From IMG/VR virus record IMGVR_UViG_3300018428_002561: a DNA stretch of 64,000 bases. One strand, 5' to 3'. Numbering within the stretch: position 1 is the stretch's first letter; each line of letters opens with the position of its first letter. The notes beneath the pieces were generated by a model. It did no database searches. It worked only from the letters and a program-made list of their open reading frames with translations, and was not told the origin of the DNA. This document shows, one piece after another, positions 1-12,000 of this stretch. The stretch is from an uncultured virus (IMG/VR IMGVR_UViG_3300018428_002561) (lineage: Duplodnaviria; Heunggongvirae; Uroviricota; Caudoviricetes). Made by a program: the position numbers and the translations under genes.

Positions 1-1
1 G

Positions 2-3000
2 CAATGACAGTATAAAGTACTCGCCTGAAACTCTATCAAATTTCATTTGAACATTTAGTGTTCTAACAACAGTTTCACCAATTTGTGCAGACGCAACGGC
101 TGTTGTAGAATCATCTGCACCCGAACCTGATATTGTTACAGTTGGTGCGCTTAAATATCCAGATCCTGGATTAGTTACTATAATTTTAACTACTTTTCCG
201 GCGCCTAAATACGCTCTTGCTGTAGCGCCGGTTCCGCCGCCGCCGGTAATTGTAACAGTTGGAGGAAATGTATATTTGCTACCTCCATCATAAATGTTAA
301 TACCTACAACTTTAAATCCATTATTATCTTTCCAATTTTTTGCAGGATACTCGTCAAAGAATGCATCAACACCGATAATTTCATTATCAATAACTTTAAC
401 AGGTTTTGTCTTAATTGCATTTTCACTAAAGTCATAGAATGGTGGTAAATCAAAATCTGCTGTAACTGTATTAGTATTTTCTAACTTATCATAAGAGCTT
501 ACATATTCTCTAATATTAGTTTTGTAAGGTTTAACTTCTCTAATATAATCATTGTAACTACTTAAATTATCATTTTGATAATTAATTTTTTCAGTTAAGC
601 CGCCAACATTATGTTTTGCTTTAACAAAACTAGTTTTGTAAACCCAGTCAACATTTTGCTGTTCAGATAGTACATATCTTATACTTGCAAAGAATAGTTC
701 TTGCCATTTAATTTTTAAGTCATCAACAAAAATGTCATTCTTCAAAGCTTCTAATATTTTTCTTGCTTCTGTAACAGGCTCTGTATCAAAGAATCTATTA
801 TCAAAACCTAATAAATCATAACCAACTGTATTTTCTACAACATCGTAAAGTTTGCTACTGATTTCTATAGTGCCGTTTTGTCTACCTATAGTTTCATAAT
901 CAATTGTATAATCAGCACTGTTAGTATTCTTAATACGTTTAAGTAAGAGCCAACCGCCTGTTCCGATATTTGCAATTTTAACAATTTGTCCGATTTTTGC
1001 GTTTGCCGATAAAAGCTGATAACTTTCATCAACACGATGATCAATTCTAGTAAACTGATTAGTGTTAGGTGCATACCAATCAATATATTTCCAATATGCT
1101 GTTGTATCAAAACTTGAAGACAATTTTCTGTCCCATAAGCCCGAAGTTGCATTCCAACTGTAAATAGCCCACTTATTATCAACAGTAATGTCATTTTCTA
1201 CATAGATTGATACAGGTCTAACGGTAATAACAGTGTTTTCATCGTACCCTGTGCCGCCATTAATTATGTTTACTTTGTTAATTTGTCCTAGTGGATTAAT
1301 TTCTAAATTAAAATCTAAACCAGTACCTTTACCTACAACAGTAAAACTAGGTCCGTGTCTAACTGTTGAAGTTTCTATATTATAAGTAGGATCTGCATAT
1401 CCTCTACCTGTATTGATAATTCTGATATCAGTTACTACGCCGTTATGTACTGACGGTATTAAAGTTGCTTGTGCAATTTTGTTTGTACCAATAAATTGTA
1501 CTTCGTCCAAAGTGTCTACTTTGTAATCATAAAGTCTTTCAGTAACAAATGGAGGTTGATCAACGCTATTTAATGTGTCAAAACTAAAGTCATCAACAAT
1601 AATAGTTTCTTGCAAGGCAATATTAGCTCTTTCAATTACTTGCTTAAATGCTTCTTGTCTATTTACAAACCAACTTTGTCTAGGACTATTTAAATTGCCG
1701 TATTTGTCTGCAGGACTAAGTTCAGGATCAGGTACTGTACGACCCCTATCATCATAACCAATTAAACTATCAATCCATTTTCTTTCCAAATCTGCTCTAG
1801 GAACACTTGTTTCTAAACCTTCAGTGACCAATTGATATTCTAAATGTCTATTTTGCTCTTGTGTATCTTGCGTATAATAACTTACGTGCAGAGCTACTTC
1901 TTTATCTTTTATCAAACTTTCACCGTTGTAAATAACAAATCTGTTATCACTAAGTAGAGCAACAAACTGATATCCTTGTCCTCTTGGGTCTCCAATTAGT
2001 TTTGCAACTTCTGATGCCGGTAAACTTCTATCTTCTGTTGCGGGTATTGTTAATTTATTTTTTACCCAGAAGTAATATTTTGTATTAAAAGTTTTTGTTG
2101 CTGAATTATATGAAAGTTTTTGGCTATATGCATCTACACCATACTTAGATTGTCCGCTTATGCCTTGAGCGAAACCTCTAGCTGTATCTGCTAGTGTATC
2201 CCACTCATCTGGAGGAATAGAACTTTCTACCCACTCATAGACATCAACAGAATAGTTAGGAATTAATTTGCTCCAGTAGTTTGCTTGAGTGGCTACATCT
2301 TCTTGATATGCATTAAAGAATTTTGCGGTTGATAAATCCCACCACAATTTGCCCACATACTTTTCTTCCCAGTTGTCAGTTTCACTAAAGAAGTTTGGCA
2401 AACTTGTGACATTATATCTAGCTAAATCAATATTAGATTTAAATGTTAATTCTTGTTCAGCAGGTCCTGCTATCTTACCTTGCACAGGATCGATGTAATC
2501 AATGTATGATACTAATTTATCTGTAACAGTATTGTACAAGTAAACTGACTTAATTGCATTAACGTCTACAACATTGTTTGGTGTTCTAATAGTTGTCCAG
2601 GGTTTTTGATCAGCAGCAACCTTATAATCAACCCAACTACCAGGATTGATTCCTACTTCGTCTACATTAGGATCTCCAGGTATACCAACATATATGTGGT
2701 TTTTATTTGCTAACACTTGGTCGCCAAACCTACCTGCTTGTAATACTGTAGAATCACCGCCGTAGTCTAATTCTTCTCCAAGAATATATGCGTCTTTTAT
2801 AAACTGATAAAGTCTTACACTTCCGCTGTCTATTTTCTTATCCGGGAATGTTGTAAATGTTTCATCAAAGGATGTTTCGCCGCTATCAAAGGTTGTATTG
2901 GTTATTATATCTCCGGCGCCGCTACTTACAGCAATCAAGTCATTTGTTGCGGTAACTTTAATACCAAATCTTTCAGCAGGTGTTTTCGTACCTGACAATG

Positions 3001-6000
3001 TTTGGTGTAATTCATACTGTAATCCGTCTTTAGCATAAACGTAAACTTTACCTGCATGATATGCATCTTCACTGTTTTCAGGATCTCCAATAACAATAAT
3101 GTTTCCATTTTCAGATATATCTAAACTACTACCCCAACCAGTATTAGAAACTGGTGCAACAATAGTTTGACTTAAAACATATCTGTCATCTAGTATTCTA
3201 TAAATTAAAACTTTGTTATCTTGGTCAACTGATTCATCTGTAATAATACTCGTTACAAGAATTTGTCCATTTTCGCTAACTTTAACTTGCTTTGAAAAAT
3301 CAATGACTTGCTCGTTTAAATCGTCAAACACAGGATCATTGTAAATATTAACATCATTTGGAAGTGTTGGTAGATAATTTACTTGGTTGCCTAATATTTC
3401 CCATTTTAATAAATTTGTAGGAATAACATTTTTGTTAAAAGTCAATGCACTATACAACTGATTATCATATAATACAATTTCTCCAGTTTTGTAAATTGCA
3501 TCCGGAGTGTATGGTCCTCTATAATGAGGATTTATGTCAAGAGCAAATCTATATGTTTTTCCGTATTTGTCAGTACCGTGTTTAATTACGGTAAGATTTT
3601 CTTTAGACCCTACATAGAATCTATATAAATCTCCATCTTGGCTTACAGCAACTTGTTTACCTACATTGCTACCTGTTGAACTTCCAGGAATAGTATATGT
3701 TCCTTGATTTGTCCAAACGCTTCCTACACTACTAAAGATACTATAAACACCTTGATTAGTAGGTTTGCTATCTGTTGATCCTGATGTATCTACAGGAAGA
3801 TTGTAAACAAGTCTCCAGTCACTATTAGATGTGCTAGGTATGCTTGCTTGGGCTTCTGCTCCTGCTTCTGTTAAATTTTCTTTGTATATCCAAAACTCTT
3901 TGTTTACATATGCAAAAGTATTTAGATCAGCAAACTGTTCCAATCCACCATATGATTCAGGATGTGCAGGAAACGGTGTTCCCCTTTCCATTACAGCAAT
4001 TTTTCCTGTATTTGATCCTGTTAAAGAAATTTTATTAATAGGTCCCATAATACGCAAGTTTGCTTGCGGTGGATTTCCTTCTTGTGTTTCTAATAGCAAT
4101 CTATTACCTTGTGTAAAGTTTCCTGTAACTTCTTTAAGATATACTCTACCTTGGTTAATATTACGTCTTATATAATATGCTACTCGACCTCTTGCACCGG
4201 TGATCTCATCTCTAATAAAATCACCATCAGCTCCGCCTATGTTTACAATATTTCCTAATGTGTCTGTAAATACTTTACCCTCGTATGCAGGCTCAAAGAA
4301 GTCACCAACATCAGTATCTTGGTCTGATAATATATCAATATCTGCTGTTTGGAATTTTGTAAATGTAAAGTCAATATATCCTTCCCATACATCAATAACA
4401 GTATGCAAGTTATCATTTAGATAAGATGCTTCGATGCCAAGTAATGATTCGTCAACTGGATCTGCTTGGTCGTCGATAGCAACCCTAAACTGATCACCTG
4501 GTTGGTTAATTTCTCCAGCAAGCGTAGGTGGAACTCGCATTAGCCATCTTGGATCTAAAATATTTTGAATGCCGTCAACATCTTCGTTAATGTATGCTCC
4601 GCCTCTATGAGATAATATTCCAATAAATCCAGGTTCATCTCTATCTGGGAATAACGTACCATTTACATCATTAAGAATATTTTTATAAAAATTAGGAATT
4701 GTTCTTGCATAGGAATCAGTATTTTCATCATAAACTAGTATATCTCGATACACTAAGCCATAAGCAGGAACACCATAATCTTTTGTTTCTGTAAATTCGT
4801 CTGACGTAACATATGTACCATTAGTATTGATATACCACCAGCCACCGATGCCGCCTGATGTACCATTAAAATTAGGTTGGGTATATGTACCAATTTCAGT
4901 ACCTGCAGCATTTGATATTGTGCCGTTTTCTGTAAATACACCATTAGTGTCTTTAGTATAAATTACTAATTTAAAATCTCTTGTAAATGTTTTGAAAACA
5001 GTTGCAGAGCCACTAGGTGTTGAAATAACATCACCTTCTTCAGGCGGGTCTGTATATGGTTCAAGTAGTAATACACTATCAACCTTTTCAATAATTTCAT
5101 GTTCGCCGTCTATAAAAGAGCCACCCGGTTCGTTGTATTGTGCTTGCACATTTTGCGAATTGATTCCTGTGGGGAATAGTTCTACTGAAGTATTTGGTCC
5201 TTCATTTCTATTAAAGTTTGTATAAAAATTCCAATTTAGAACAAGTTTATCTTTTACTTTAGTGCCTCTATATTGATCAAAAGGCGCAGCTATTAATAAG
5301 TGATCTGTTTCGGTATTAGGTAAGTAAGGACTTCCTTGTAAAACTAATGTAAGTAAACTACTATCACTTTGTCTTTCTAAATTTGTATAGCTATCAAATG
5401 TACTAAATGCAACACTACTACTTTCTGGAGTAATAGTTCTTATAGACTTCCAATAGTTTTCATTAAACTTAACAATATCATTTTCGCTATATGCTGAAGT
5501 TTTACTATAATCTCCTTTATAACTAGATGCAACTCCACTTGCTGTACTAGATCCTACTATAATAAACTTTCCATCGGGGCTCATTGCAACACTTGCACCA
5601 AATCTATGATCGTCATCCATTGGATACAATGCTGTATCTAAATCTAATTCAGATTCGTATAAGAAATTGCGTAAATTTGACCCTCTTTGATAGGTATAAA
5701 CTTTACCCTTATTATTATTTGCACTGTGATCTGCTATTGCTATTCTTGTATTAGCACTATTCACAGTCATTTCTGAACCAAACTCGTAAGTACTGGAAGG
5801 ATCGTAATTTGCAGGGTTATTATAGTGATCTGCATCTAAAAATGCATCAGTTCTTTCAGCAACAAGCCAATCTTTAGTAGTTCCGTCTATCCAAATCTTT
5901 TGTTGATTTGCAACTCGATCTTCCATTACATAATTTGCATTTTTAACTGTATCAAATTTGACTGATCTTAATTTACTGATATATCCGTCTACTTCTTCTA

Positions 6001-9000
6001 ATGCTTCTATGCTTTGATTTGCACTAGCAAATACATCAATTTGTGTAGGTCTAACTGTTTCTATAATGTAAAACGCATCATTTGCTGTTGAAGTGTTAGA
6101 TACTCCTATAATATCGCCAACCTTAAATGAATGTGCTTTATTAAGATAGAAAGTACCTCCAGGATTTGCAGGTAATTCTCGTGCATCAGCACTTGCACTA
6201 AATGCTTCAATTTTAGTAACTCTTATATCTGTAGTAATATGCTGTACTACATCCCAGTCTCCAGTTTTTCCTGTTATCCATATATAATCATTTGCGCCTA
6301 TTCTATCAATATTTGCTGTTAATATATCATTTCTGTCGTTAATTCTGTAAACTACATCACCTTCGTAAACATAACCAGCATCTCTTGTGTATTGATTATA
6401 AAGATCTACTACTGGAAATGGTTTATGATCGTAGTTTTGAGGCTTTTTATATATGTCACTAGGAGTTAGTTTATAAATAGTGTCGGTATCGTTAGCCGGT
6501 TTACTTAACACAAGCTCTATAGGCTGTGGATTAGTTTTTATTTCTGCTTCGTCAATTAGAAATTCTACTTCTTCAAAGTTATCTGTAGCACCATATTGTC
6601 CTAACCTAATAGCCCATTCTTCATAAAACTCTAAACTTTCTTTATCTGCGCTTGCTAAAGCATCAAACAGTTTTGTTAAACTATTTTTTGTTCCTTTATC
6701 TTGCAACATGCCTTGATAAAATTTATATTGACTTACATCATCATTAATAATATTTTCAAGATACTTACGTTTTTGATATCCTATTAAATGCTGAGCATGT
6801 TTTTGCTGTTCAATATCAAAATTATCTGTATCAAGATCATAAAAGTCAGCAAACTGATTAACTTTATATTCAAAGTTTGTTAATAGTTTAGATTCTGGTC
6901 TTTCACTTAATCTTTCCCATTGATTATCGATGAATACTTCTGTGCCACTGATATTGTTAGTTGCTACATAGTAAAATTCTTTGTACTTAATTAGTTTGCC
7001 GATACCATAATCTTTCCAAGGTTCCCAATCTCTTACTTCAGCTTCATCATAAATGAATCCTGGAATATTAAGGCCACCGCTCCAGTTGTCACTTCTATAC
7101 CCTGTAACCTTTATACGTTCTTGTCTATAGCCCGCTTCTTGATCATAAATTACATCACCAAACTCTGTTACGTTGTCTAAAAGAATTACATGTTCTCGTT
7201 GTACTAACGGCAAACGTATACTATAAATGCCATCTGCTGTATTTTTTACAGACAACCCAAAATCATTTTCACTGTCTCGTGCAATGCTACTAAACGATCT
7301 GTCTAATTTTCTGCCGTCGGCCTTTAATAAACTATAATCATAAAAATCATCAAATATATTATCAACTACATGATAGGGTTTATTAAATTTAATTTGTTGA
7401 GCACCAGGACTAATCGTAAGCACACTTCCTGCGGCCCAATTTTGTGTAGTCCAGAACATAAATTCTTTAACACTAAATGTCCAGTCCTCAACTATTTCGA
7501 TATCATTATTATAATATTCAAATATAAATCCTTGTGCTTTTAAATATGCTTCATATCCTAACAAGAAGTCTACAACCGCTTGTACACTATTAAGTTGAGT
7601 TCCATATGATATTGTTTTAACACGGTTAGTAAATTTACGTCTTAGAACACTATCTCTACCGCCTACTTGTGGCAATGCAGCAAGTTTAGACATTTTATCA
7701 TCTGCAAATGTTGTTCCACTAACATGACTTTCTTTCACTCTATAAAAGAAACTATCAAACCTAACATTTTGTCCTTTAATATATTGCTTTCCATTATCCC
7801 AATCTACAAATGATTCCGATATGCCTCCAACATTGATACTAGGATCTGATTGTGTTTCAATTGCTTCAAAATAATCAAACGAACTTTTAGCCTGATCGTA
7901 TCCTTTTATAATAAATCCGCCAGTTGCTTTTTCAATAACAACACCACTGTAGTTTGCAATAGTTACTGGAGTAGAGGTATTTAAAAATAATTTGTAGTTT
8001 TCTGGTGGAACAAATACATTGCCTTCATTTAGAGGTGTTCTACTATCTAAAATTAATTTAAATTTACTTTTATCAGTAAATCCTCCAACTTTTAATGCAA
8101 GTTTATTTTTTAGAGTAGTTAATGTATTTTGATATTCGTCATAATTTGTGTTTATATCACTTACAATATAATTGTAAATGTAGTTTACTAATCCAGAAGT
8201 TATGACACGCTGATTATCTGTATATGTATTTGGAAATACCAAATCTCTTAATCTTAAAATAGTATTTGACTCACTGTATACAATGTTGCCTACAGCATTT
8301 CTTGACATTCTTGATAAATCATAGCCTAGTCCGATTACTTTTGCTGGTTGATTTAATATCCAAGATGTAATTAACGCAAATGGATATTCACTACCACGTC
8401 TCCATGCTGTTTCAGTAGGTGTTTCGTCGCCAAATGTATATGCATCTCTAGCTCTAATAGCAACATAATTTTTTGCATAGTTGCTATCTAACGGACTTAA
8501 AAGTTTTCCGTTGGAATCTACTGGAATATGATTTAGTAAACCTGGTCTTTTGTATTTAGAATTTACTACTGTAGGTACGCCAGGTTGGCGAATTACACCA
8601 TTTTGTAAATCTTCCCATAATACAAAATTGTTGGCTGTGTAGGGTGCCGGCCCGTATACTTCTTCCCACCATTTTGGTTTAATTGTAAAGCCGAGCATTT
8701 CCCAAGGATGAGTATGAGGACGATCTGTATCATAAGCATCTTTATAAACAGCTCTCCAAAAACCTGGTAATTTTTTACCAGTAGGTGAAGACATATTTTT
8801 ATAATTGTATCTAAATGTAAAAGTGTCTTTATAAAAATCGTTATTGGTATAATTAGGATCGCCTGCGATAACAGTCCATTGTACAAAATCAGATACCATG
8901 CCTGTATCTATGTTTGCTCTTTCAAATCCTGTGTCTCTATAGTTTCCGCCTACAAAATCATGAATATTAAAAATATCAGGATTATATTCTTGCTTTAAGT

Positions 9001-12000
9001 TATTGTAAACTCTTCTTTCAAATTCTAATATTAAATCGTCTCTAAAATCGTCATATGCAAACACAATACTACCGTCGTGTCCTTGAATAACTTTTCTAGG
9101 TGTTTCATAGGTATCGTCGATAAAAATTTCTGGTTTGTACTTAGGATACAGTCCTAACTTTGTAGGAGTTGCAGGAACAAAACAACCGTCTGTTGTATCG
9201 TATTCGTATATTTCAAGCTCGTCTCCTACTTGTAAAGTTGTAAGTACTTTTACGAAACCTTCTTGTGTAAACTCGTAATCTGAGCCGTAACAAAGAGATT
9301 TACCATTTAGGTAAACCATTACGCTTCTGTTACTTAATTGGTCTAAGTCAAAGTATTCTGATAATGCAAAAAATTCGCTATCACTTGCTCTTACAATATG
9401 AGTTGTGCCTTTTGATGCACCATGTGGTATCATATCTGAAAAGTAAAATGGCATACCTTCAGTTTTTTGACTATTAATTTCTGCTATAATGTTATCAACA
9501 TGTTGTTTTATTGGACCGTCATATCCTAAATTTTCAGCAACTTGAATAAACAATCTTTTAAACTTTGCGTATTCTAATCTTGCATATTTTAATGTCTTTA
9601 TAATGTTTGCGTTTTTATCTGTAAGATGATAACTTGCAAGAGCAATTGGGCCAGTATGTTTAACAAATCTTGTTCCGTTTTTAACAATAAACCCTAAGTC
9701 TCTTAGGTTGCTTGATCCTGGAAAAATGTTTCCATTATAATCAAAGGTATTTTCTATTATTGTACCTACATGGTCATTTACTTCTGCAATAGTAAAATCT
9801 TTAATATTTTCGTTTAAAGGATTTCTTTCTAAATTATAAGCAAGTTCATAATACCCATTTTGATTAGATGGTGTCTTAGAAAAACATCTTAAAATTAAAA
9901 TATCTCCAGTTTTAAGATTATCAGTAAAAGTAATATACGCAATACCATTAATTCTGTTGATAGTATAATGTACTTCTTCTTTCCTAAAGTAACTATTAAC
10001 ATAAACTTTTACTTCTAAATCATTTAAGTCACCACTACGGTCAAATACATCTACAGCAAAATCATTAAGTTGATCTTCTACATCATATTGTTTAATTACA
10101 GCCTGTTTACTAAGTTGATTTGCTTTTTCCCAACCATTTTTACTTTTAAAGTTCGTAATATTACTGTACTGTCTCAAGTAACCCGTTTCTGTATTGACTT
10201 TAATTTTTTCGTTATCTTGTTCGTATACAAAGGCATCAGTTACTAGCGGAAAATTAAATTGTATATCACCAAAGTTTTCTATAGCTCTGTATGAAAGAGG
10301 GAATCCTAATTCACTGTCGTTAGTACCAGTTCCAATCTTGTAAGCAAAAAGTTCTGTTCCTGCAAATGTTGATGCATTATAAGTTGAAAAACTATTTCCC
10401 ATTGTATCAAATACATCGAACTTTGGTTGTTGGTTAACCTTTACTTTTTCTTGTGATGCAACCCACGATGTTCCGTCGAAGTAAAATAATTTACCTTTGT
10501 ATATGTCTCCGCTTTTAACTAGAACAGTTTCATTTTCGGTTGGTATTGCATCATCATCTTCAATTAAACTTATTTGCCTTATATTGTCAATTAAAATAAA
10601 TTTAACTTTGTAAATTTTTCCTCTAACAAGACGGTCAGTATCTGCATTAAAAATAACACGCATTCCGTCTGCAAGATTTACATTATCAATATTATAACCT
10701 GTAGAACCTTCTACTGTACTAAAAGCATCAGTAGTTTTATAATCAATTAAGTCTACATCATGTTTTGCTTGAGTACCATAATTAAATAATTTTAGTCCTG
10801 CATTAAATTCAATAATTGGCCTTGACGCCCTAGCAGATTGATCAATACTAGGAACACTATCATTATATTCTGCTGACTTTTCTATAACATCTCTATGGAA
10901 CCATTTGTTATATCTTGACCATGCATTTCTATCAGGACTAGCTCTATTAATTACAATATAATCTTTTGTTTCTGCAAAGGCACTAGCATTACCAAATGGC
11001 AATCTATCAAATCCTTCGCTGTCAAATGGTACTAATTTATTTCCGACATAACTGGCAGGAATAACTAAATCTAATTCGTTAATTAATCTAATGCTTTCGC
11101 CTACACCTTCTACAAAAAATTCTTTATCTTTGTAAAACTCAGGAGTTACATTTCCAGCAAATTTTATTTTTAGTCCATTTGATAATGCAACCTTGTTAGC
11201 ACTTGTATATTGCTTTTTACCAACAATTTCGTTAACATCTATTGATGTATTTTCAATTATATCAAATACTTTAATATACCCACTTGTGTTTATATCACTT
11301 TGGCTTACATAATATAATTGATCAGGTGCATTATACGGAACGGTGAATGTAATTTTACCTTGTTCAACATTAACTGGGTCAATTTCATTACCTTCTAAAT
11401 CAACGGCTGTAATTCCTTGAACATATAGGCTAGAAATATTTTCAGAATCTCCAGATATAACTTTATAACTTCCGTCATTTTGTTTTTCAAGTGTAAACGG
11501 AGCATCTGAAAATCTTCTGTTAGTAGAAAACGAAAATGGATGGCCTTGAGTATCAATATCAAATGTATAAGTTTGTCCTCTGTATAATGTTAAAGCAGGA
11601 TTAGGTTCAAATCCTGGAGGATCAAATTTATAAACTGTATTGTCATCTTGTACTTCAGTAGTTACTGTGTAAGTACTAGTTTCATCTTCCGACTTGCCAA
11701 AAACTGTTACAGTTTGAGGGCCATTAGGTAGCCAATAGTATTCTCTAAAGTTTGTAAATTTATCAAAACAAATATTAGGGTTCCAAGCATAGTATTCTTG
11801 GCTATTCATTAAACTATGATTAGCATTACTACCATTAAAGTTTTTAATTTGGTTTACATAGTCTGCATAATCAGCATAAAAATTTACATTACCTAAATCA
11901 TCTACAGATACTGTGGCCGGTTCTAATTGCCTATTTTGTCGTTGTACAGTTACATCTTCTATGTAAGTATCATTAAGCCTATGAGCTTTAGAATTTTTTC

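Noticed and set aside
886..8886. Small ORFs listed in the first 9 kb
   Set aside because: All overlap the continuous giant minus-strand ORF in other frames or on the other strand
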